DNA of 64,000 nucleotides. Source: Octopus bimaculoides (lineage: Eukaryota). Shown here piece after piece: positions 14,725 to 28,253 of the stretch (within the stretch, counting starts at the first letter, position 1; every line of letters starts with the position of its first letter). The stretch spans positions 3,576,735 to 3,640,734 of the forward strand of contig NC_069001.1 of the NCBI RefSeq assembly GCF_001194135.2, given 5' to 3'. The notes under the pieces were generated by a model, which was not told the DNA's origin, did no database searches, and saw only the letters and a program-made list of their open reading frames with translations. The translations under genes and the position numbers were made by a program.

Positions 14725-16024
14725 TGTGTGTGTGTGTGTGTATGTGCAAGTATGTGTGTGTACATCTTTTGCTGATGTAGATCAGCAAAGGATGAAAGCA
14801 ACAGTAAGAAAACCAAAGAAACAGAGTTTTACAAATGAAATTCATTGCTATATTTGTTTTGCACCTAGTTATAGATACTACCTTCTGTTGCTTGGCATCT
14901 GAAATACATCAAGCCAGTGACTGACCCAGTGGAAACCTCTAATCAACAACACTATAGTTCACAATTTGTGATAACCAATGAATAAAACATATGCACACAC
15001 ATGAAACCTATGTAACCCTATCAAGTCCATACCTACTGTTGTCTACTCATCCTTCCCTACCACTCATCCCACCATCATTATTCTATCTACTACATTATTC
15101 TACTGTTGTAATTAATAAAAGTATAACTTGATTATTACATATATCATCACCTTTTCTGTTCTGCCAGTCATCACTCCCTCTTCCCTTAAGTAACTTCCTA
15201 TTGCTTTCCATCCTTCTATTGACCCCAAAAAGATGAAAGTCAAAATTGACCTCAGCAGCATTTGAACTCAGAACATAAAGAGCTGAAAGAAATGCTTGCT
15301 ACTAAGCATTTTATCTGGTGTCAGAAGATTCTGCCAGCTATCATTACTATATTCTGGGTTCAAATGCTGTTGGTGATAGGTGGATGATGGGAGGGAGAGA
15401 AGAATGAACTTTACTTTTAACCTTCAAAAGGTCAATTAAATATGTACTCATAAATATATTGGGGCTGATTGGTCTAATAAAAATTGACCATTTCTCTTGG
15501 AAAAATTAACACATTTATTAATTAAAAAAAGCTATGTGCTTAATTATATATAAAAAAAAATCAATGTCACTACCCAAATATATATATATATATATATGCT
15601 TCTTTTTTAATTAGGCAAGCACAACATCTGATCTAAATACTGTTTTTATTAAAAGGACATCAAATTCCGAACACATACACAAACACACACATACATAAAT
15701 ATAAATGAATGAATGTATGTGTGTGTATATATGTATATATATACATACATACACATACATACACATATTTATGTACAATAGAAGGCACTTATTATAATCA
15801 CAGATAATATTACCAAATGGTTAATATCAAAATTAGAGATACCAATTCTATGTTTAAAATGAATTATTAGCTGGTTATTGTTATCAAAAAAGCTTTGGCT
15901 CTAAGTGATCACACTAAGTGACTTCCAATATATATATGTGTGTGTATGTATATATATGTGTGTGTATATATATGTGTATATATATATATGTATGTCTATG
16001 TATATATATATGTATGTATATGTA

Positions 16025-16205
16025 TATGATTGACCGTTGACTGAACACTATTCAATTTTTTTTCTCCGTGTTTTTCTCCTTGTCTCCGTATTCTTTCTGT
16101 TGAAGAGCGTAGCTCGAAACGTCAAAGACTTTCCGTATTCCCGAGCGTCATACTAATATATCCTTTTGTTATTTACACCACCTGTCCTCGTCTGTTGTTA
16201 TTATT
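16025..16205 (+). mobile_element. Penelope-like element terminal-repeat remnant carrying the hammerhead motif
   Basis: About 180 bp of non-microsatellite, CpG-intact sequence between (TA/TG)n tracts, containing the motif above. The PLE assignment rests on the known association of this ribozyme architecture with PLE termini. Confidence 0.5.
16092..16128 (+). ncRNA. Minimal type I hammerhead ribozyme motif (Penelope-like element type) with A6U core variant
   Basis: TCTTT (stem I) - CTGTTGA (core) - A - GAGC gta GCTC (stem II) - GAAA - CGTC (palindromic ACGT stem III, predicted cut after C16123) - AAAGA (perfect complement of TCTTT). Confidence 0.7.
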
Positions 16206-16246
16206 TGTATATTCTCCCATATATATGCGTATGTGTGTGTGTGTCC

Positions 16247-16296
<50 letters not shown>

Positions 16297-16997
16297 CTTG
16301 TTCTGCTCTACTTTTGTGTCAGTCAAACTATCTACTGCACAGATACAAGATAGATAGGTAAGTTATTGATTTTCATGATGTTGGAGAGGTAAGGGGATTC
16401 TTTTTTTTTCCTTGATATGGCCGTATTACATTTGGGAATCTTCACAAACAGTGTTGTCACATCTTTCTAATAATCTATTCAAGAGCCTCTGTGTGATTGC
16501 TTAACCTGTTGAAAATAGCAGCCAAATATCCCACAAATCACATCTGGATATTTTGAAAGAAAATTAAGGGACATATTGAGTAAGCTAGTGAGTTCTAGAT
16601 ACTCTTAAAAAGACAGAATGGTCAAATCAGGAAAGTCTGTCCAATGAGAACTCACCTGGAACTAAACAATAACACTGTTCAGGTAAATAAATGAGTCCAG
16701 AAAATAAATTTAAGCAATTTTCAAACAGGAAGGTTTGTGGGAGGGGGCTGTGTTAATTGGAGTTAGAATAATTAATTATATTTACAGCAATGATAAAAAT
16801 CAAGATGTCGATATTGCAGTCACTATTCAAGGAAAAATCAACATGGTATTGGGGGAAAATGCCTTGCAGTACTAGTTCCGGCTCTTTGTGTTCCAAGTTT
16901 AAATTACTCTGAGGTCAAGTTTGCTTTTTATCCTTTCAGGGCTGATAAAACAGAGTACCAGTCAAGTACACACATACACATGTGGTGTAGGTGTTTG

Positions 16998-17058
<61 letters not shown>

Positions 17059-17504
17059 CATAGAAGCAGATGGATAAGTGTATATGTAATATACATATGT
17101 GTGTTTATGTTTGTGTCATTATGTTCACTGAGATATTATATGTGTGTAGTGATAAGCAAGAATGAACTGCTTGACTTCTGTGTTGGTGGAAGCAGCAGCA
17201 TTTGTAGTGGTGATGGTGGTCATGATGGTAGCCGTGGTAATAAGTTCTATTAAAATGAAGGGAGAAACCAATGAGAGGCACAAATGTAATGTAGCAAGCT
17301 TCAGCAAAACAGGTTTTCAACTAAAAGATGCAGGTGAGGATAAGGTGTGGATGATGATGATCATTGCAGTGACTTTAATTCACCAATCAGCTCACTCACA
17401 CTCTCTAATAGCCTGTATCAATAATTATCTGATTTTGTACCAAATAATTACAGAACAATAAAAGAACACTCCCTACAGCTGTTCTCTCAATCATAAATCC
17501 CTCT

Positions 17505-17535
<31 letters not shown>

Positions 17536-18232
17536 ATACACAAATCACAAAAACCCCATCCTTACAATACCAAAATCTCTTTGCAACATTTATTCCTAAT
17601 GCCTCAAGGTTTGTAGTTTCAAGGTATATTTACTAACAATAACAACCTTATATATTATTCGTGGGTATCTCTTCTTATTGTCTACACTATTTACGCACAT
17701 AGTTTTTATACTGTCATTTAAATATACAGTTTCAGGCTTAACTGTATACTTTGAGAAGTTTGCTTTGCAACCATGTGATTCCAGGTTCAATCTCACAACA
17801 TGGCACCTTGTGTCTTCCACAACATATAGCCTTGAGCTGTTGTTCAATACTTTGGGAGCAGAATATGGTAGATGGAAGCTATGTGGAAGTTTGTTTTGTG
17901 TGTGTGTGCATGTGTGTGTGTGTATGTGCATGTGTGTGTGTGTGTGTAGGGGCAGGTTTGCATGTATGCACATGTATTTCTGTGTGTACTGGTATAAACT
18001 GGTAAACTGTAGTGTTGGTGCCATGACAAAATGCACCCAATGCACTCTGTAAACTGAATGGTGAATGGAAGGTGTCAAGTCATAGAAAAAGGTACCAAAA
18101 TGGAATGTGCAAGTGAAACATGTCCCTGCCTACCCACCCATTTAGGAGGGCCAACCCATGCCATCTAAGATAGATGATGAGAAGAAGAATGAGGAGGAGG
18201 AGGAGGAGGAGGAAGAGGATAGACAGACAGAC

Positions 18233-18289
<57 letters not shown>

Positions 18290-19264
18290 TTTTCTTTTAT
18301 CTGTACATCTGCACATACATGCGCACACACGTGCGCATGCACACAAACAAATTCATGAAATATTATTCCAGAGAATGCTGGAGATGGAGTGAGTCTATTA
18401 AAAGACAGACAGCGGTCAAAGATAAAAACAAAGAGGAGTGGAGAAAAAAAATCAAAGAAAAAAGAGATGGAGGAAATAATATATGTTATCTTGTATATCT
18501 TCTGTGATACAGTTAACTGCTTATCTATTCCTAATCAGATGTATCCATCCATCAAACGATGATTATTGTCCAACTAATTAAGGAGCTATTTACAAGCTTC
18601 CTTTACAAAATGTAAAAAAAAAAAAAAAAGCAGATCATGAGAGTCTTTATGAGAGCATTCTATCTACTAGAAATAATAGCCAAGTTTTCTTTAGGAAAGG
18701 CTTACTGGATAATGTGGTATTGAGTTCACTGTGCTCAAGGAAAAAGACAGGACAGTCACATCTAGAATGCCTTGATCATAGATCTGTTTGGCTGTGGCTC
18801 ACTCAAGACCTAACAACAACAATATTGACTCCAACTATATTCATATTTCCCTGTAGTAAATTCCTTTTTTGTTGTTTCTCCTTTGATTTAATCCCTGACA
18901 TGATCAGAAAGTGAGTAAGGGCACTTTCCACTCTCCACTTTTATCAAAATAATCCTATTGATTTTTAGCTTACGAACCACTTCATTCAACCTTGAACCTT
19001 TTTAATGATAGGGTTGAGAAAAAGAGGAAAGGATTTTAAAGGAAAACTATAAGAAATGATGTCATTCAGCCAAAAGATAACATAACTGGATACATATGGA
19101 CACTCTGAGGCACAAAACATACACACACCTCCAATAACCTGTTTGACTTACAACGAACAACAAAATGGAAAAAAATTATCATGATGACAAAGATAAAGTC
19201 GAGGTTCTGTTTTTTAGTTGTGAGAGGGGTATATAATTGGTTACAGCAACCTCAGTATATTACT

Positions 19265-19445
19265 TATTTCTTTATTGCCCACAAGGGGCTAAACATAGAG
19301 GGGTCAAACAAAGGGATTAAGGCGATTACATCAACCCCAGTGCGTAACTGGTACTTAATTTATTGACCCCGAAAGGATGAAAGGTAAAGTCGACCTTGGC
19401 GGTATTTGAACTCAGAACATAACGGCAGACGAAATATCGCTAAGC
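19265..19445 (-). mobile_element. Young, 5'-truncated tRNA-derived SINE (family A variant) with 16-bp TSD
   Basis: Contains the family core (ttgaactcagaac B-box complement, gaaaggatgaaagg, gtcgacc) with CpGs intact. Flanked by ACCTCAGTATATTACT at 19249-19264 and 19446-19461. Confidence 0.8.
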
Positions 19446-19768
19446 ACCTCAGTATATTACTAGTACTATTTTATCAGTTCCAGTGATATTTGAAGCTAGA
19501 AATAGCTGATCATCAAAATAGCTACCATAAAAACTGTTCGATTACACTCAGATCTCTCTGCTCAATCCATTTCAACCAGACACACTCTGTATGGGTTATA
19601 GTTTTATTTTTCCAAGCTAGCTAGAAACTGGTTTTAATAGACAAGACCCCCTTTAATTTATAGTTTCCACTGATCTGCCATCTCTCCAGCATGTTTTCTC
19701 TCTAATTACCAGGTCATTGTTCCTCTATGTTGATATTTACTTTTACAACATTCTCTCATCCTCTCCAT

Positions 19769-19812
<44 letters not shown>

Positions 19813-20311
19813 CTGGTACTTTAACATTTATCTATTCTCCCTTTCTTACTGCTTATACAACTCAACTCAGAATTTTCCCAACTGATTTTTTTTTACCTTT
19901 CATGTATGTCTTTTGTCATTTCAACTTCATCTCGTGCTTTCGGAAGTTCCATCAAAGTAATGCACAATGTGTGTGTGTATGTGTGTGTGCGTTTGTGTGT
20001 ATATTTATGTATATGTGTATATATAAATACATATATTAAATAGGTAATAGCTAGCAACTGTTTAAAAATATTCAATTTAATAGAAGTGTGAGGGACAGTT
20101 TGTTTTATCATCTCCTACTTAATCACTTTTATCACTATTATTACTGTCTCATATACGCAAACACACACACACACACACACTATATACATTTTTGACATAT
20201 ATCTATAAATATATGTANNNNNNNNNNNNNNNNNNNNNNNNNNNNNNNNNNNNNNNNNNNNNNNNNNNNNNNNNNNNNNNNNNNNATAAAATCATCAGTA
20301 TCATACATCAT

Positions 20312-20346
<35 letters not shown>

Positions 20347-21358
20347 GTGTGTGTGGTAAATACTTAAATACTTCAGCTTCAAACAGAACTGTTAAGAGAG
20401 GAAGACAAGCTCCTATTAAATGGAAGTATTTTTCATAATAAAACCAACATATTGATATCAGTGGTGGTAGCAGCAGATGATGATGGTGAGCGGCGAAGAT
20501 AGTAGACGATAGAAAATGATGGATAATGATGATGACAATGGTGGTGGTGATGACAATTATGGTGAATGATGAAGATGCTCTAACCATAACCATACTGTCA
20601 TAATCAGACTGCCGCCTGTTTAAGTAGAATATCAAAACTGTCAATTTCACTGGTCTTTGAGGGTCTGTCAAGGCTACAGTTTCAAGCCCTTCCTTCCATC
20701 CAAACCATTCATAAAAAGAAGCCAGTGTATCATCTATGACTACATTATCCAATGTGATCTCTTTGGTGGGGTTGTTTTATTTTGCTTTTTTATGATTGAA
20801 AGGTATGATTTGAGGGGTATTTGGCTACTATTTGAAGTAGGTCAAGCAGCTGCATAGAAGCTCCCTTGAGGATGTTGATGAAGAATGATAATGATCGATG
20901 ACAATGATGGATAATGATGAACGATGATGGATGATGATGGATGAAGATGATGGTGATAAATATCATGCTCATGGTTGATCATAGGTCAATATTTATCTTT
21001 GATGAAAGTAATCTTTTTGAAGGTGAAGGAGGTAAATCCCAACCTCTGCCCTGACAGACAACATACTGTTGAAAGTTCTAAAATAACCAGTAATATTCCT
21101 GGTGACAAATGGCTGTTTGTTTGTCTATTAATTAGAACAACTACTTAAAAATAAAAGAGACTTTCTAGCTGTGGAGGTCAAGAGATCACAGCTGACAGTA
21201 GTATGGGCATGTGGTTAGAATGTTTGAAGAAAGAACAGCAGAGCAGATTTTATGAGCCAGCCTAACTAGCAGGAGACATAGAAGTAGACCACAAGTGAGA
21301 TGGTCTCTTTTTACAGGAGTTTCTTTTTACAGGAAACCAGTAAAAAAATTATTATTAA

Positions 21359-21578
21359 CCCTTTCGTTACTGTATTTACTTTGAGATTCTCTGTTTCTTT
21401 CAATTAATTTTAAATATAACAAAGAATTTAGTAAAATAACTTAGTTATCATTCAGCTAGTCTTAGGAACATAAATTGCGACTAAGGTTTGGTGGAAGATT
21501 TTAATTCAAAACTTCTGAAAACAAGACATTTGTACTACAGAGCCAGAGGCAGTTTCAGCCAGGTTGGTGACAAAAGGG
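21359..21578. mobile_element. piggyBac-like MITE family 1, copy A (~220 bp)
   Basis: TTAA|CCCTTT...AAAGGG|TTAG termini; the internal sequence is the reverse complement of 48883-49098. Confidence 0.7.
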
Positions 21579-22791
21579 TTAGCAGAAAGAAATCTGAAAT
21601 ATAAAAAATGCTTAACTGTTGACATTTTTGATTATTTTTATATTGACACCAAGGAAGAAGTATCATCAACTGACTTTACCCCAGCATTTGATTGAAACCT
21701 CTTAATGTAGGTGACCCCAAGTCAATCATGATCCAGCAAACTGAGATGATAATTACAGAAGTTCCAACCATGACCATTCTGTCATATTCACACACATTCT
21801 ATTTTGGACTACATTATCAAATCTGTCTTTCCTTATTTTTTTTATGTTATAGAGTGATTTGACTGTTGTTTTCAGCTTGTTAAGCAGATGTCAAACAACT
21901 TCATTGTTAAGTCAGTCTTATGTTATTAACCATGAAAGGATGATAGTCTCATGGAATTTGAACTCAAAACTGAAAGTGAAGCAACTTTACACAGGAACCA
22001 CTTGTTTTGAAGGAGAGCACAGTTGCCACCCCCATCCCAGTTCTTAACCAGCACTCACTTTATTGACCCCACTCCCTCCAAAAGAATGAAAGGCAAAGAC
22101 CTCGACAAGATTTGAACTCTGAATGTCAAAGAGACACAACTATAAAATGACTACAAGGCATTATTTTGTCCACTGCTCTACTAAATTCATCAAAACAGTT
22201 TGTCCATCACCCAATCACCACTTCGGTTGCTCTACCTACTGCTTTCATCTTTCAACAATTATCTACTCTCAAAATATATAATATTGATTTTTGCTAAATG
22301 TAATTTATGAGGTAAAGATTTGTCAAATGTAATTTAGCAATAAAAGTAAAATATTGAACTAATAACATTTCCATATCAAATAATGAAGCCTACGGCTACA
22401 TAAAATAACTCTGTATATACTAATAATAATAATTATTATTTCGAGCATTATTATCATTATTATGTTTATTTACTTATTTACTTATTTATTTATTATAAGA
22501 ATAACCATGTTACTAGAGTGATTGAGAAATAAGCAGTTCAAATTATGTTTTAAATAGTTTTCGTTGTATTTGTGAAAATACAATGATATGGTAATTCACT
22601 GAAGTGAATGGAATCGAATCAATTACAAATTATTGGACTTCATTTTGAATTTCTAGTTTTCATGTTTTTTGTTTGTTTGTTTTTTTTCATTATTATATGC
22701 GAAATTCCCAAAACATATCAGCTCAATGAGATTGTAAGTATTCGGGCAAAATACCTGCAACTTTTATCATTGTAATCCTGTATTATATTGA

Positions 22792-22825
<34 letters not shown>

Positions 22826-25800
22826 TTGTTATTACTTACAATTGGAATACAATTTGAATGTCAATCAATTTTACCTTTCTATAGTTTTGTCGTAGACATT
22901 TGTTCGTGTGACAAGTGAAACCAAAAAAAAAGAGACACAAATTGAAAAAAAATATACACACACACACATGTGTGTGTATGTGTGCATGTGTGTGTGCGCG
23001 CACTTGTGCGTGTGTGTGTGTGTGTGTGTGTACATATATAAAACAAATTGTAAATTCAATGGTAAAGAATAAGACAAGATACAGTCAATAGATTTGATGT
23101 TGTAATTTCCATGAAAACAATATGTAGTTATGTACTGAGTATCTGTGTAAAACTCTATAGCACAACTGTGGATAATTGTAAAGATCCAGACAGGCTAATT
23201 ATATATGTTTGGATAAACACAGGTCAACAATGTTTGAGCAAACAGCATTAGATAAAAGACGAGAAGTCAGAATAAAAAAATCTTTTTTGATGGATGAAGG
23301 AGATTTATTAAGGGAGATAAAAGATTTTAGCTAAAATATGTATGAGGTGGAGAGGGGCATTAATAGAAACCATTTTCAGCTAAAAGCTATCTGCATATTT
23401 ATAAAGACAGAAAATAAACTTAAAAGCTTGGATGAAACTCAAATGAGATTCGATGAAACATGGATAAAATTAGAATGAAATTAGATGAATTATGGATGAA
23501 ATTAAATGAAACTTGTTTACAGCCAACCTTACAGGTTAGGTGTCTGTAGAAATTTGCAGCATAAATCATCAACTCCTACATGTGGGTTTATGCTGCGCAT
23601 TCATGAAGGGACTTTGTCATGTAAGTTACTTGGTGACCCCTGCCAATGTTGTAAAGTGGTAAGCATTAGGAAGGGAATCCGACCATAGAAACCATGCAAA
23701 AATAGACAATAGAAATCAGGAAGCCAGCCTTATGTGCCTTACGGAGTAATGTGGACTAACCATAGGACTGTATTGTCTAATATGTTTTTACCTTATCCAA
23801 GATGCCTGAATGAGATTTGAGTCAGAGTGACTACTATTTCCAACAGATCAAGTGACCTCATAGAAGCTCTCCTATTTCTGAATACTATGCAAAGTTGTTA
23901 CGAAGAAAGCATTATTTCAAAATCTAGCACAACAGCATATTAAAACATTCAGTCAATGAATGTAACTGGATAAAGAAAATAATAATCTATATTTGATACA
24001 ACGTTACTGATGTTCGTGCTTTCACACTTCAGCATACCGGTTTCAAGAATCTCACTCACTCGTTATCTCACAACACAACTCGTGGCCGGATTCCCTTTTG
24101 TTTTGAAATAAAAATCAATCTCATTCTATGGCTATTGAGAGAATTATAAAAAGATTTTCCAGTGATAACCTTTGTAGAGTGGAAGAGAGAAAGAGAGGGA
24201 GAGAGAGGGAGAGAGTGAGAGAGACAGACAGACAGCAGTGAGATGATGGAGACAAGAATAGTGAGGTTCTCAAGATGCCATGCATTATATACACTTATAC
24301 ATTCATTCATATCAATGGAAACCTTGACTTGTTAGGTGAGCTAAGATAGTCAAGTTGTGTCAGTACTTTTTTTTTTTTATCAAGAGGAGTGGTGGTGGGG
24401 GTCAATAAAATTACTCATATTAAGTAGAAGAAATATTCAATATATCAAGATCAATGCTGCTGCCACCAACACTGCCACTATGATGCAAAGAGTGTAGCTC
24501 ATGATTGCAGCCTGCTCCAAATCACTAAGTCTTTTCAACTACACTATTATCATCGACATTATCATTTTACATCTGTTTTTCAATACTGTCATGTCATGCA
24601 TTGGACAGGTTGATTATTTCCTTTCCTGGTGAAGATGCGACATGGTTTTCATGCCCTTCTTATCATCAGCCATTTAAAAGCATGGGCTGAGTGCACCAAA
24701 GCAGCTGTCTACAGCAGGATTAAATCAACCCCTACACCCACTCTGAATTATCAAAACCATGCTGAAGTAGACAGTGGAGCTTGGCACAGTCCTCTGGCTT
24801 ACCAGCTCCTGTCAAAGCATCCACCTCATGTCAGTAGAGAAGACAGACATTAAATGATGATGATGATGTGATGATGATACACACAATGGGCTTCTTTCAG
24901 TTTTCATCTACAAAACCCACCCACACAAGGCTTTCGTCAACCTGGTGCTATAGTAGAAGACACATGTGCAAGGTGGGACTGATCCCAAAACTATGTATTG
25001 GGAAGCAAGTCTCTTACAACACAGCCATGGCCATCTGTTTTATTTTATTTTCGTTTTTGCTTTTTACAGTTTATAAGATTTCCAATAAACTGCACTATTC
25101 TTCATCATCTGAATGCGTGTGTGTGTTTATTTAGTTGCTCATGTATTCATTTGTGTGAGTTTATGCATGTGTATTTGTGTTTGGTTGTGCATGTTTATTT
25201 TTGTGGTCTTTAGCTTGTATATGAGTGTCTGTGTGTGCAAAGCATTATATTGCACATGTTTACGGTGTTGCATGCATGTAGTTTTGCATGTGTGGTTGTG
25301 CATGGTCATGTGCCTCTGCATGGTTGTATGTGTGTGTGTGCATAGTATGTGTGTCTATGTGCGCATAGTTTATGCGCATGGTATGTGGTCATGATTGTGG
25401 GGGGATGCATGGTTGTGTGTATGTATGAATGCATTGCTGTGTGCTCATTTCAATAGTTAAAGATATCTAAAACTGATAGTAATTACTCAAGATATAAGCA
25501 GGCCAGTAAATTACCAGTTAATACACATAAAACTCTTAATCTAAGCTAGATTGTCTACATGAATGTTTTCTTTTTCTTTCAATACATCCACAATTTTCAA
25601 CAAATTTTACAGACTTGTCAGCAAGCACATTCAGACTATCGGGGAAGAAGACGATAGCAACTGACAGTAAATCGTATTTAAGAAAAGTTCCAAGATTATC
25701 TTCGATATTCTGAAGGCTACATATGCAGCCATCATGATTACTGATCTATATATTAAGGAGAGAAACATGGATTGAGAAACTGAAGAAATATTGAAGGTGA

Positions 25801-28217
25801 TATTTTCTACACTAGCTGACAGATCTTTCCATGCAAACAACTTCAATTAATTGCCGTGTTACAAAGCTGTACAGCAAATAGACGAACATTAGCTTGGAGT
25901 TTGGAATGCCAGAAAAATCGGCCAAAATCTTGAGGAATTATTAATACTGGATATGCTGTCGAGAAGAATTAGCGTTTGTTCTTTGAGTGAAGAGTTTTGC
26001 ATTAAATCAATGAACAGAATATTTGAGAGAATATTTGCATATTTAGTACTTTTATTTGTTTCAATCAACAGCTCTAAGCAGGGCCTATAAAAGGGAGGTT
26101 CAACCAGTATATTGATCCAAGTAGGAGCCCATGAATATCTGACAGTCCCCACCACTCCCTCAGAAACAAAAGCAAAAACCCTCACGACACCTTGAATTTT
26201 GTGAAGGAGTAAGAGGGGTCCTGAAGCAGTCTTGTTCTACTGTGCAAAATTCCTCTCAGAGGTCCTGAGTATTTATTTCTTTAGGAGTAATACTAAAATA
26301 AGGACACTCCAATGGCGAGGGAAAGGAGCTTCTGTCTGGTGGACACTCAGCCTGCTAGAAATAGCAGCCAAATGTCTCTTGACTCATATTCCACCATCTC
26401 AAATAAAGAATACATAAGACAACGTAGTCCTTTAGAATATATATGCAAAAAGATGGAATAATTGTGGCTAGAACACTTTTGATCCTATGGCTAAATGACA
26501 ACCACCAAAATTAATTGGTAGTAAAATAGGAAAAAATATGTGTTTTTAGTCGCAGAAATGAGAAGGTAGGTTCACAAAGTAAAGTAAAGTTGCAACTGAA
26601 TCAAGTAGATGATCCAATTTCAATTCCACTCCCACCCTGGGGTGCAGGAGAAACAGTACACCATATCATTGTGTTTAATACCATTAACAAAGACACAATC
26701 AACTTAATTTCCTATTTCCTCTTGGCAATAAATCTCAGGCTTTACCACAATTTAACAAATTAAGATTTTAATTGCAAAAAAAAATAATAAAACCCAATAA
26801 ATACATATTTATTTTATACAAATAACAAAGAAATTCCAAATTTATTTTTTAATGGTTAGGTCAAATGAGGAAAGTTAGTATCCATAACATTTTCAGGTTC
26901 TTTAAGCCTGGTGAGAAGTTACACTGAGACTGGAGATCTGCTTACAGTGGAATCTACTTAAGATACCCAAAGGCCAGATTGTCATGGAGGAGGTGGGGAT
27001 AGGGTTAAACTAGGAGACAGATAAAGTCTAGTGCAAAATTGTTAGTTTAAGACATAGTTTTAACATTGCAAAAATAAAATTCAAAACAAATCCTGACACA
27101 TTATGAAGATCTTAACTAATTTGCAAGTTAACATTATTGTTGTTGTTCTTGCTGTTGCTGAACTCTGGTCATCATCTTTGTATTTGGCTTGCAAAATTCT
27201 TGATATGAATTCGTGAATTGAAACAAATTTTGTTGTGTCTTGGGAGGGTCACTATGCCAATAATAATAACACATGCATTGGTGCAATATCATTTCATTAT
27301 TGTTAATCAGTTGGTTAAATATCTAACCAACTAACTAATCGATCGCTTTTTCCAATGTGCTAGTTAAGCAATCACTCAGTTGTTTGTTAGTCAAAGTTTT
27401 TTTGTTGTTGTTTGGAGAGAGAGAGAGAGAGAGATGGAACGTGTTATGAAGGAGATTTGGGTTGCTATTTCAATCAGGTTGAATGACTCCACATAAACTT
27501 CAAAGTGGCTTGATGCCCTTCCTATCACCAACCACTTTATGGAGTGTACTGGGTACATTTTATTGCAAGACCTGTGAGTTTGCTTTATATCCCATAAACT
27601 AAAGACTAAATAAAACCAGAATAAAAAAAAAGGTAGATTTGGATAAGTTTATATTGCAAGTGAGGATGAGGGAATTGTGAGGTTTTATGTAATTTCAGCA
27701 AAATGCTCCATCAGAGAGAAAAAGATAAATTTTTCCCTTCACCAGCAAAGGAAACTTGGGTGAAAACATCAAGATTTTCATCTCACTATGACATGAATTT
27801 ATCTAGATTTACCAACTTCATTATATATATATATTATATATATATCCACACTGAAATGGCTATAAAACTGTCTGCCACAATAGATCCAAACTCTACAGGA
27901 GATTTCCAAGCAATCAAGCTTATCCTGCACCATATTGTACATTTGGAAATATACAGAATAGAAGAGAAAGAGGGAAAAAAAACAGGATTATGTAACAAAC
28001 AAACAAAAATTTAATTATAAGAATTTAATAGTATTCCTGTGTTTGGGGGATGTTTCTTAAAATAGTCAACAGATTTGTATCAGTTTTTGAACTCAGACTG
28101 AAGAATAATTCTAATGAAATGTCTACAGAGTGATTGACATTCATGGTCAGTGTTCTCAATGTAGAAAGAATGATGGATATTTTAAATGAATATGTTTTGT
28201 GTGTGTGTGTGTACATC

Positions 28218-28253
<36 letters not shown>

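Noticed and set aside
24636-24670. Minus-strand ctgatga...gaaaaccatgtc
   Set aside because: No stem II or stem I pairing; part of a decayed family E SINE.
28095-28130. ctgaaga-ataattctaat-gaaatgtc
   Set aside because: The core words are present, but stems I and II do not pair.
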